From Lama guanicoe (lineage: Eukaryota): a DNA stretch of 64,000 bases. Shown one piece after another: positions 48,397-60,564 of this stretch. A program made the position numbers and the translations under genes. The notes beneath the pieces were generated by a model. That model was not told where the DNA came from, searched no databases, and was given only the letters and a program-made list of their open reading frames with translations. The stretch lies in assembly GCA_013239625.1 (NCBI GenBank), contig MU053304.1, positions 682,001 to 746,000 on the forward strand, in the 5' to 3' direction. Every line of letters begins with the position of its first letter. The first letter of the stretch is position 1.

Positions 48397-51188
48397 TGCA
48401 TATTTGTTACTTTTAACCTTTTTTTTTAATTTTAAAACCAGTGCTTATCATGAAAAATTAAAAAAAAAAGAAAATATAGAATGTCCTGCCCTCCCAATAC
48501 CTAGACACAACCCCTATTAATATCTGGTATCTTTCTACTCTTTTTAAAATGCAAATGTATACTTAAAAAACAACAACTTGGGATCACTGTACATGGCCAG
48601 CAGGCTAGACCACACTATTTTATAATTTGCATTTTACTTAGCAACATATTGTGAGGCTTTCCCATGTATTAAATATTCTTCTGACTGTTATTTTCAATAC
48701 TGTTTTGTGTGGCTATATAGTTTAACCAGCCTCCCACTTTGGGCTTTTGAGTTCTCATTTTATAAATAATGTTTCAATAAATATATATACACATATACCT
48801 GCAATATATACCTGATTACTTCTCAGGATAAAATCCTAGGCGTTGACTGCAGTAATCCTAGGGATTACTGCCTGCAAAAGTACCAGTTTCTGGTATGCAT
48901 GTAATGCATACTGTCAGAGTGTCCCCAAGATCACTGAGATTCTTGGTTTATGTACACTCTCGGCAACACTGGTTATCAGAGGGTGCCGGTTGTGCATGGA
49001 GAGTCATATAAACTTTTTCAGGAGGCTGACCTGAAGATACTGGACGTTAACTTTGCACCGCCTGCCATGCGGAGCACCCGTGCACTCTGTCGTCACCTAC
49101 TTACCACGTTACAGCCACTCTCTCTCCCCTACCTGGCGGCTTGCTCTGCATGCTTCTGAGAATAGGGACCACATCTCCTTTATTTTTGCAACCCTAGCAG
49201 CTGGCACACAGAAGTGTTACAAATGTTTGCTGAATTGGCCCGATGGAGGGAGCTGGTGATGGGGCAATTGCTTGGTTAGAGTGGAAGGGCCATCATGTCG
49301 AGAAAATGAGGGGCTCTCATTCCTGGCAGGGACCACTTCCGCAAGTCAGGGGACAGCCACGTGGGCTCTCCAGGCATGGAAAAATGCCCTCTTTCCCTCA
49401 ATACCAGGTAGAACATTTGATCCAAGAATGAACTGTGCCCATTGGTTAGATCTTACATTTATTAGATTCCTTTTATACTTCTCTCTGATTAAATATGTTA
49501 TTGTTGCCTCTTTGTGAAGCCAGGGTTTTAGTAAGTTTAAAAAATAATTTTACAGTAATTTTTAAAACGATGATTCAGTGTCCTCTTTCCCATCTCAAGC
49601 AAGATGAATTTTATTAATTCCTGTTACTACTTCCATTCAAAAAACAGTAAATTTATAAACTGGATTCACTAGTAGTTGACACTTGGCTATGTTCTGGATC
49701 CAAAAAACAAACACAAAACCCCTCAGATATAAATGACATTTTGGGGATGATTAGTAAATACTGATATACTATATATTATTAAATTAAGGTTAACTTTCTT
49801 AGGTGTGATAATGTGGGTAAATAAAAGAACAATCTCATTCTTAGGAGATATGTGCTGAAAGTGTGTCACCTTCTTTCAAACAGTTCTGGAAAAAAAAAGT
49901 GTATGTGTGTAAATTGTATATTATGCAGAGAGAGAGTGAGAAAGAGAGACAGAGAGAGAGAGGGAGTGAAAGCGAGAGCGCACAAATATGGCAAAATGCT
50001 AACAGCTGGAAACTCTTCACTGTAATATTCTTGTGACTTTTCTGTAGGTAAAAAATACAGGCTGTAGATATAAGAGAAAAAGGCATGATATTAGTCTACA
50101 TATTAATGATTAAAAATAAAAACCTTGAAATATGAAGCACGTGAAATTAAATCAAAAAAATTTGATTTGAAATTAAATCAAACAGATCTCAGAGCACCAG
50201 AATCTATTTACAGCCCAGAAATATTTACAGGTCAGTTCCTGGATGGGCAGCATCAGGAGCGGGGGTTCCGGTGTCCTCAGCATCTGTGCACAGAGGTCTG
50301 CAAGGGCAGGCATGTCTGTGTTTTGTCTGTTGCTGTATCCCGACTGCCTGGTTGTTCATTACAAATGACTATAGAGTAAACCTGTAAACAACCAAACTGC
50401 CCAGCTCTAGGGGATAACTATGCAAAATACATCATTTTCACCTGGAATATTTTGTGGTCAACATTTGTTGAATGAATAAATGTAGGTTTTCGCCTGCTCT
50501 CTATAACCCCTTTATTCATACCTGTTTCTCTCCAGCACTCTCTCCAGACTTAGAAAGGAGTCCACCCAGGCCTGGGAAGAGGCTTCTCCCTGCCCAAGCT
50601 GGACTGCCCAGTCTGGGGCTCTCCTGGAGCCCACAGGGGTCAGGCCCCCAGACCAGAGGCTCTGGGTAACCAGACTAGTTTCATTTCTATAAATGAGGTA
50701 GGAGCAAGGCTATGAAGAAAGAATAAGGCCTGGCAGCCAAAAATGCATACAGTTGTTTTAAAAAGTCATCTAAAAATAAGTTGATGGCATCTTAAACTGA
50801 CACTCCACCCTAACAAAGGGCCTGGTGCTACGGTTAGAGGCTGCCGAAAAGGGCAAGCGTCCTTTCTGGGTAGACCCACTATTCCTTTTGGTCTTTTCCT
50901 TTGCAATTAGATTGGCCAACACTAGGCTTCTCCTGGATAAAGGCTGTAGGTGGCCCTGGAGAATCTGAAATCCAACCACTTCATTTTTTGGAAGAAGAAA
51001 CCTGGGGTGAAGAGGGAGGCTCAACCTCTTTCCTTTCAAAAAATCCCCAAAAGATAAATAATAAAGAGATAAGTGCTTTTCAATCTGAACATTTTATTTT
51101 GAATTTTAAAATACATACATCTTACGCTGCAGTTATTCAAGATGAAGCTTAAGAAAGTAACTCCCTGCCTCCTTTAGCCCGGACTTAC

Positions 51189-51304
51189 GCTGGGTACCCG
51201 GTCCTGTGGCCGCCGGGGGTGACGGGCCGGCGCAGGGGCTCACTGCTGCCCCACTGCCCACCGGCTGTCCCCCTCCGCCTCGCCTTCCCGGTGTTGGTCA
51301 TGAT
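51189..51304 (-). CDS. ARMC9: ARMC9 coding exon (116 nt)
   Basis: ctttccccAG|ATC ATG ACC...[49 protein letters not shown], similar to human IMTNTGK...[17 protein letters not shown]. Confidence 0.93.
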
Positions 51305-51479
51305 CTGGGGAAAGCAAAGAGGAAACAGGGCTGGAGAAATCATCTAGCTGAGAGCTGACCTAGAAGTTCTAACCGACTATATTTAATAAATTAATCAGAG
51401 GCTTTGTGAATAAGTGAGGGAGGATCATGACATGGATTATTCAGATAAACAGGATGTCTTGGGGGAATCCTTTTAGGTT

Positions 51480-52610
51480 TGCATATTATACGATTTAGCA
51501 GTATAAATTTTTTAAAAAAGCAAAATCAAACCATGGAAAAGGGAGAAGAATAGAGAAACTTATCACATCTCTGGAGAGGACTGACTTTTGAAAGTAAGAA
51601 GGGAAAAAGATGGATTTAGTTTCATAAAAAACTAACATTTCCACAAATATAGTATATTAAAGACAAGCCAAATTAACATGTAAATAATAAACTGGGAAGA
51701 AATATTTGCAGCAAATGTAACAGATTAAAGGTTAAAAATTTCAGTAGATAAGGAATTCTTACATATCAACGGATAAAACGCTAAATAGATAACTGGGCAA
51801 AGAATTCAAAAAGCCAAGGCACAAAACAGAAAATATCACCAGCAAAGAGAAGAAAAAAATGATCAACTTTACAAGTAACTAGAATCTACAACTTTACAAA
51901 AAAGGTATTCTTCAATTATTAAATGAGTGACAGTTAAAGACATGATCCCATCCACTGCTGGTACTAGTTTGAAATGTCAGTGACATGTAAGTTTGAGAAA
52001 GTAATTTAGCATTTTATATCAAGTCATAAAAATGTTCATATCCTTGGGTGTTAAACCCTAGTGAAAATCCAAAATAAGGAAAATGATAAATAAAAAAGTT
52101 GTTTATTACAAAATTATTATATAGTAAACTGGCATAATGTAACTGTTTAGTAATAGGGGAATAATTAAGTAAAACATGGCGTATTCATTTGAAATATTAT
52201 ATGGCTATTTACAATGATAAAGACTAGGTAATAGGTGGCGGGTATAGCTCAGTGGTACAGTGTGTGCTTAGAGTTCTGGGTTCAATCCCCAGTACCTCCA
52301 TTAAATAAATGAGAAAGAAACATAATTATACCCCCTGCCAATGGTTAAAAAAAAAAAAAGACTAGGCTATGAAGGAAGGTGTTTATTTAAAATATTTAAG
52401 TCCGGTTCCAATGTTAAACATAAGTGAGGATTCCCATGATGCTAAAAGTACACAAAAAGACTGGAAGGAAATGAACACTAAAATGATTACAGTGGCTCCA
52501 TGTGATAGAACCAAGAATAATTTTTCTCCTCTCTATCCCTCAACTCTTCTGAAATATGGTTATATTATGTTAATAATTAAGAAAATTTCTTTAAAAAAGG
52601 CAACAGTGTG
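51480..52610 (+). mobile_element. Old L1 (L1ME-like) 3' fragment, interrupted by a SINE
   Basis: A-rich with aactgggaagaaatatttgca and aaaagactggaaggaaat motifs. Confidence 0.55.
52234..52360 (+). mobile_element. tRNA-Ala-derived SINE (Vic-1-like) with A tail and TSD
   Basis: gggtatagctcagtggtacag...ctgggttcaatccccagtacctcca + tail + poly(A); flanking direct repeat aaagactagg at 52219-52228 and 52357-52366. Confidence 0.85.
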
Positions 52611-55600
52611 AAATTGGGAAATCTGAATACAGCCTGTGGACTGTACAAACATCAGTCTCCTGGTTCAGTATGCGCTTCAGTTACCACTGGGGATGCTGGG
52701 CGAAGGGTGCAAGGGACTTCTCTGTACTACTTTTTCAACTTCCTGTGAATCTATAGCTATTTCAAAATTTAAAAAAAAAACAGAAAAAATTTTAATTGGA
52801 ATTACATCTTTGATTTCTTGACTTCTGCTGAGAAGCTATTTGGGTTTTTCTAGTATTTGAGGTAAGGAAGAAGGAAAAAAGGGCCAATTTCCTGTGGGAG
52901 AGACTCCCCAGGCCTCCCCTGTGCTGGGGGAGCAGCTGCCAGCAGGAGGAGCGGGCAGGGTGGTGGGGTGGCGGGGGCAGAGGGAAGGGAGTGCGAAGGG
53001 GAAAAATGGGGAGACAGGAGGTGGGAGACCTCCATCCTCTTAGAGGAAATGGAATATAATTAAGCTTCCCAGTAAGAACTAAAATGCAGTTTCATTTCCC
53101 TTTGAATCTCTTGAGAAATTTACAAAAGATGGTTATTTTAACTGCAATCACTTAATACGGCTATCTGCTTCTACTCCGACTTTCTTTCTGTCAGGCTGTT
53201 CCTATCTAGTATCTAGGGTCAAATTCACACGTCTGCCTCATCATCAGACCCATGACTTTTCCCTTCCTCTCCAATTTGTCAGTCAGAACACCTGGGTCTT
53301 TCCACAGAAGACTAAGTCTTAAGCTACCAGAAAGGGCAACAGTGAGCGTGTGGGAACCCTCTGCCCATGCCCCTCTGCACTGTCCTTCTGAGCTCATCCC
53401 TCCTGATTCCCTCGTAGAGGAGAGAGAACAGAGCACTTATATTTGAGTGTTTCAGCCTTTGGGAAACGCTGTCGGCCATACTATCTCCTTAAAACATCAC
53501 AGGCCTAACTAAGAAATACTTTAAGGTGGGTGGTATTTGTCCTCCCCAGTGGATGAGGAAACTGGGTCAGCCCTGTGGGAAGAACCATCCGGTGTGTCAT
53601 CAGAAAGCCTGAGGAAAGGTCCTTGGTGAACAGGGTTGATGTAAGGGCCCAGCAAACTGGGTTGGGCACTCAATGTCTCAGAGCAGCGCTTTCTAGAGGG
53701 CTTGTTTCTTGTTCCCCTCCCAACCTGCTGTGCTCGTGGGCCTCACGAGGGCTCCAGGGCCTTCTCTGGGCACCTCAGTTGCAAAGGAGCCTTTTGGGGC
53801 TAGAAAGATCTTAAAGTGTATCTACCAACAACATGCTATCTACACTGAGTTCCACAGAAATGCTTCAGGGGTTGCTGGGAGAGAAGTGAAGGGCTCCTGA
53901 CAACCATCTTACTCATCAGAGGAACTCAGCTCCCATCTGTGACACAGACAGAGATTTTGTTCAAAAAAAGATTCTCCTACTAAAAAAATAATACAGCATA
54001 TTTAACGCCAATAAAAAATGCAGTATATGATTTAGCTGAATATAATTTATTCAGTAGTAAAAGATGGTCAACACTTGTCAATTTAGGTAAGTAATTTCCC
54101 ATTTACTAGATTTTGAGTATTGGTGAATCACTTAAAGCAATTATGACATGTTACAGAGCAAGATGAATTTGGGTAAGAAAATACAGGCACATAATACATC
54201 TATGAATCTATACACACAGAAAATAACCTGGATGCTGAAGGAGACACCAGTAGCTGTCTACCCAATATTCATTCTCTTTCTTGACCAACAACACACTCAT
54301 TTTGTTGGCACAGAGATGTGTCTACTTAAAAACACCTTTCCAGACTCCCTTGCAGCTAGGAGCGATGTGACCCAGCTCTGACCAGTAAGAAGTAAGTGGA
54401 GGTTGCCAGAGGGAGCTTTGGGGAAAGGACCGCATGGGGGGAGGATTTGGCTGGCCTGTACGTCTGACCTTCCTCCTGACTTTATCGTGATCTGTGCAGG
54501 GAGCTGCATCCATCATCTTACGACAAAGAGGTGACAAGCATATGGACAGTGAACTGACTCACTGAGGCAGAGCTACTGTGGAGATGCTAGGCCTCAAAAG
54601 GTGCCCTTGCAATGTGTTTACATGGGCATATGTTTTTGCAAAATTTGCAAAAGTAGCATGTTTTAACTATATCACTTAATACTGCTGTTTCTTTTTACTC
54701 CAACTTTCCTTGCCACGCTCCCCCTCCTGTTGGTGGCATGGTGTTGGAATGGCTAAAGACAATTGGAATTTAGCTAAGGGGATGGTGGGTGACATGTACT
54801 TTGGGTTTAGTGTGAAGTATTTATATGATTCCCTGTCACCTCTGTGCATAGCCAGATAATCTCTAGCTGTCCTGGTATGGGAGTGGCTTCTAAGAATTCC
54901 ACCTGTCACCAGGATATGAAGAGTCAGTGTGCAAGAAAACTTGAAATGCCCTCAAATCTTCCAGTTTACTTATAAAAGACATTTAGGAAGGTTTCCCCAA
55001 TTTCCTTCTCTGGTTTCGGTTTTTGCTGCGAGCAAAACAGAGCCAGCTGCCAATGCCTGGTGCTTCTGTCCTGTCTCCCTCCCTGGCTGGGCCCTGCCCC
55101 CTGGCCGGCTGTGCCCACTCCCAATGCAGAGGCCCCATTAACCTCAACGTCTGCCCCTGTGGCAATGCTTCCATGGCCCAGACTCTGGCTTCAGAACCGG
55201 TGAGGGGCATAATAAAGGTGCAGATTCCTGGGGCCAGGTCCACACACTCAGACGCTCTGGAGGCAGGGCCAGACCCCTGCTTTAACCAGCTCTTTAAAAG
55301 ATCTCTGGAAAACTCAATGAACTTGCAGGGAAAGAAAGTGCAGAAAGAGACTAATCAGCACTGACAACAGGCAAACCCCCCGAAACTGAGTCTATGCTTA
55401 AACATTGGATCATACATATAGTAACCTTGACTATTTCACACAGGCAGAGATGCTAAACTTTCAACTGCACAACACGATTCACTGGGAAATCAACAGCTCT
55501 CCCAGAAGGCGGCAGTTAGCGCTGAAGACCCAGCTGGCTCGAGTAACACTCGAGAATGTTCCTCAACCTTTTTCAGCCTTTGCTTCCTGATCTATAAAAT

Positions 55601-57028
55601 GCAGTATGAGCAGAATTTACCCCATCATTTGTTGGGCGGATTAAATACATGGAAGCAGAGATGTGAAGCAGTCAGAACAGGACTTGGCCCAGGATGTGTG
55701 CTGAACTAATTTAGGATATGCCTGTGACTATTGTTAAACTGAAAAACAAGTTTCAACTTCAAAATAAGAACAAAAAACTGAGATTCTGTGGTAAATATCT
55801 ACATCCTTTAAACCAAGGTGATGAAGATATTTAAATCAGGGCATTCTTTCTAGGAAGGATTAAATGATTATTCGGCATAATATGGATGATTCTAAAAAAT
55901 TCAGAAATAATCAAGCAAGGAGAAGTGGGCAAGTTATCAGTCCTGACTTGCTGCTGATCACAGCCTGAAGAAGAAACGCAAAAGTGCGCTGCTTTTCACC
56001 AGACGTATGAGTAAACGACACGTTTGAGGGGACCACTGCCATGCTCAGGCAAGCCTAGGAAAAGTGACTTGTTCTCCAGTCCAAGCTTTGTGTGTTCTCT
56101 GTGGTCACCAGCATTTTTGTGGCCTGGGCTCTACAGTGCACAGGCACTGTCTGCTTGCACTTGGGAGAGGACAGGCAGTGAGTATGGCCTTGCAGGGAGA
56201 AGGTGGCCATAACTGCCCAGCAGGGGCTGAGCCACTGGGTCCAGGAATCCTGGGAGCTGCTTCCTTCCCCTGAACACCCTCATGGGCCACCCTCGCTGCA
56301 TCTCCACCTTTACCCCAAACTAGCAGCTTTAAATCACTGGTGTGTACAGTAATTGCTCCTGGGATTATGGTAAAGTCTGGGGTGGGGCGTAGGCTCTGTT
56401 TTTAACCCACATTTGCTGGTCTGGGACTTTGAGAAACCCCAGACCACCTCTGACATCACAGGACAATACTCATCACAGGCCAAGCCACTGACCCTCCTCA
56501 CTGTTATCTGCATCCATCATTAATAGCACAGTTTTTTTACCTGCTCTGTGTCATCTTTTGTAAACTTCTGGAAGATAAGCTATGTGTGTGTTAGGCAATA
56601 CAAATTTTTTGAATACAATTTTCTGACACAATGTTTCAAAGAGTCAACATCTTTCAACTGATCTTGAGAAATCTACAGTTTACCTAGTGCAACAGAATGG
56701 GAGGCTTGAATTGTGATTTGGGGCACGCATTCCCTAGTGAGATGCAATGCCTTCTATCTCTGGCAGGGTCCCTCCTTTGGTGCAAGCAGTTATGAAGTTA
56801 TGCAGTTACGCAGTAAGTGCAAAGCCCCCGTGTGAACCACTGGAGCCAAAGGTGGGCAGATGAAGTGAGCTCACAGGGCCGGCAGGGTGACAGAGCGCAG
56901 CTCGGGACGAATGGACAAAGGCAGCAAAACTGGGCGTGTATGCATGCTCTCGGCGATGACTGCTCAACAGTAAGTTTTCTAATAAAAATTTTAAGTGTTT
57001 CCACTATGAGCTCTTATGGGGACCTGGC

Positions 57029-57495
57029 ATAGTGGGTTGAGTGGTGGCCCCCAATACATCTGTCCATATGCTAATAACCCCAGAACCTGTGAATGTGGCC
57101 TGATTTGGAAAAATAGTCTTTGCAGATGTAACTAAGTTAGGGATCTGGAGATGAAGAGATCAGTCCAGATGATCCTAAATTCATTGATGATCCTGAATCC
57201 AATGACAAATGTCGTCGTAAGAGACAAAAGAGAATACAAAAAGAAGAGGAGAAGGTCATGGAGAGATGGAGGCCGAGTCCCGAGTTCCACAGCCACAAGC
57301 CAAGGAAGGCCTGGAGCCACCAGACGCTGGAAGAGCAAGACCGAGCCTCCGCTAGAGCCTTCGGAGGGAGCACGGTGGTGCTGGTAACTTGATTTTGGAC
57401 TTCTGGCTTCCAGAACAGACAGAGAATGAATTCCTGTTGTTTTAAGCCATCCAGTTTATGGTCATTTGACACTGCAGCCCTAGGAAGCTAATACA
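57029..57495 (+). mobile_element. MLT1-type MaLR solo LTR
   Basis: tagtgggttgagtggtggcccc...ccagaacctgtgaatgtg...gtctttgcagatgtaa...gacttctggcttccagaac...gcagccctaggaagctaataca. Confidence 0.85.
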
Positions 57496-58930
57496 CTTGG
57501 TCTTTACGTCTATACCATGAACTCTCCTGGACCTCACCCCTACCACTCCCATCTCCACCAAAGTCACTGACAGCAGCAAGATAAAACAAGCCTGTGTGGA
57601 ACTTTCCTAAATATTTCCTTCTGGCAAAAGGACAGTGCACACGCACTCGGGAGAGTTAGAACTGCAAGCTACGGTAAAACAACACTGTTTCCGGAGGCCA
57701 GTAAGCTGGGTTACTGGCTGATTTGAAAGCTCTGTCCCTTTGTGCCTCACTAAGCCGCGTGATTAAATTGGTAGCCCCAGCAAGTTCTGCATCTTGTTTT
57801 TGTTGCTGCTGTCAAAAATCTTCACTGGATCAACAGAAGATTTCACCCTCGTCCTTTCACTGTGCAGAGGTGCTCAAAGCTATTTAGCCAAGGCGCTGCA
57901 ATTGGGTTTCTGTCTGAACATCCTTGCTGACTCTCGCCTGCTCAGCTGGTGGTGTCTGTGGGAAAGTTCCTACAGCTCAGGGCTGGGTTCTCAGCAGCTT
58001 CACCATCGCCCTCCAAAGAAACCCCACAAGTTTGCCTCTGGTCTTCCTCACCACCTGCCCATGAAGCAGAAGAGTCTTGCTTTTAAAAATGCGTGTCCTG
58101 TCAAATGGGGCTCAGTCCTTCCCTGACAAAGCCAGTGTTCTTCCAAAGGGAAACAAAGGCCTAGTCAGGACTCAAGACTCCCATCAACAACTTGGAGACT
58201 AGCTGACCTCATTTCTGACCTTTCTCAAGCACCTCCCCACCTGCCCTAATGTAACAGAGCCTCCGTGGTCCGCTGGGCTCCTTTGAGCCTTGAGTTGTTG
58301 CTGAGGACAGTGACAGGCTACAGGTAGCAGACCTCATCCATGACTGGGGGTCTGCTGGCTACTCGACCTCCTGCAGGTCTTTTCATTTTTGCCCACTGCG
58401 GTCTATTCTCCACAAAGCAGCCAGAGTGAAAACAGAAGTTAATATATTAAAACATATGTCAAATTGAGTCGCTCCCCTGCTCTGAACCCTTCATAATTTC
58501 CCAGCTCATGCAGAGTAAGATCCAAAACCCTTGCCTGCAATGAATGCCCTCAAGACTGGCCTTTGGCTGTTTCCAACCTCACGTCTCATCAGCATATACT
58601 GTACTCCAGCCTGGGGCCCCTAGACATTCCTTGATGATGAGGAAGCCCAGGCCCTGGTAACCAGGGAGATAGGTGCTCAGGGTGAGGTTATGAGGGCTGG
58701 ACGGGGACAGAGACGGGCATGAACAGGCACTTTCTGCTTCCACGGCTCCTGTGAAGGCTCACACTACCTGCACCCACCTCCTTTTTCCTTCCCAAGTCTC
58801 TGTCTTTGCTGGCCAACTGTTGAGAGCCTGGCTCCCAGCTACAACATCAACTTGCCCAATGTGAGGAGATTTCAGGGTCCATGTGAGTGACCCAGTCAAC
58901 CACCAGCTTCAAAATTGTAGGAGTTCCTGT

Positions 58931-59039
58931 GTTTTTTTCCCCTATAATAAGCTTTTATTATTTATTTTATTTTGCTTTATGTGTATGTGTGTGTGTGTGT
59001 ATAATTGAAGTACAGTCAGTTTACAATGTTGTGTCAATG
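58931..59039 (-). mobile_element. Extremely 5'-truncated L1 3' tail with 11-bp TSD
   Basis: TSD ggagttcctgt at 58920-58930 and 59040-59050; minus strand reads attgacacaacattgtaaactgactgtacttcaatt followed by (CA)n and an A-rich tail. Confidence 0.7.
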
Positions 59040-59972
59040 GGAGTTCCTGTTAATGCTGGTGGCCTTCGCCCACATGTGCTCAGCCATCTGTCACGGGGCT
59101 TCAGTCTGAATTGGTCCTAATCCCTTGCAAATGCTCCTCCCTTCAGAAACCTTCAACTCCTGCATCCCACCTGCTCACGCATGTGCTCTCTGATCAAGGT
59201 TTCATGAGACACCTGTGGGCCCTCTACACCTCATCCTCTGCCTGCCAATCGGCAGCTCCCCCTGACTCACACCCTTCCCTGATAGTTGGTGGGTGGTAAC
59301 CAGTGGCTCCCAGAGCATCAGAGTCGTCGAGGAGGTCAGAAGATGCCCCCTCACAGACGTGTGCCTCCACAGGCCTCTTGGATGCTTGGACTGACCAGTC
59401 AGCCTATCCTGAAACACCCCTCCCTCCTGTTTTCCATGGCATTGCTTCTCCATAAGCCTCTCTGTTCACTTTCTGTCCTTCTCAGGGGCCCCCTTCCTGC
59501 TCCTGATATGCTGGTACGTCCTTCTGTCCTCAGCTCCTCCCTCCCTCCCCACCCTCCACTGCAGTGGGCAACTTCATCTGCTCTGATGGCTTCAGACATC
59601 ACCTGTGTGCTGATGACTGACACACCTGCTGCAGTCTGCCCTTCTCATGCATAGGGCACATGAAAATTAAGAAGCTGGATGGGTAGATGATTACTGCCAA
59701 GGATGGGCATAACTTCAGGTGTTGTGAAGGCCTTTTAGCTATATTCTAACCACCTTCTGTTCACTAGCAGATCTGTTTCAGAACAGTAGCTAGGGCCACC
59801 ATGCGATTTAGGGCCACCAGAAGCAAGTTGGCTAACACAGAAATTCTCATAAACACAGTATCATAACACAGATCAAACCAAACCCTTATGTGTTACTGCA
59901 AATGCTAAGACCATCAATGGTCCATCTCTCCTTTCTATTTCAGGATCCCCACTCCCTTCACGCGGTACTTAC

Positions 59973-60077
59973 TCCCAAGTACTCCGTGGTCAGAAGCTTC
60001 TCACCGGAGAGTTCTCCAAGCTGGGGCTGGATCACTTCATCTTTGTCCAGATCAGCTTCCATTGTGTCATGGTCCTC
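59973..60077 (-). CDS. ARMC9: ARMC9 (LisH/armadillo repeat-containing protein 9) coding exon (105 nt); upstream exons lie beyond the window
   Basis: tttgaaacAG|GAG GAC...[47 protein letters not shown], nearly identical to human ARMC9 as recalled. Confidence 0.95.
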
Positions 60078-60564
60078 CTGTTTCAAACGAGACATGGAAT
60101 GAGCGCTCTGGACCCCTAGCTGCAAGTTCCCAGAGGCTGGCTCCCCAACTGGGCATGTGCCGCGTAGTGGGGAGGCCTTAGCCCAACGGCAGTAGCTCAT
60201 GGGTCTGCATTTCAAAGGGTCTCAAGGGCAGTCTGCTTTCTGCTCATAACCTCCGTCAAGATGAAAAGGAAAATGCCAACCACTTCTTTAGGAAGCTGGG
60301 TGCCTAGTGAACACTTCCACGGCCACAAGAGTGAAGAGGTTCAATAAGACGTGTAACGGTCTTTCCTAGTTACAGTTCTCAGAATTCTTTTCTCTGTGAG
60401 TTAAGGTACCATGTGAACAGCCCAATGAGCCAGACTACAAATAACTATTAAGCACCTTCATATGCATAGGCCTTACAGCAGATACAAAACTGTGTATTAT
60501 AGGCTTGCTCTTTTCAAGCAGTTTATAGTCAGTAAGCAAGAAGACTCAGCAGAAGGAGTTGTTT

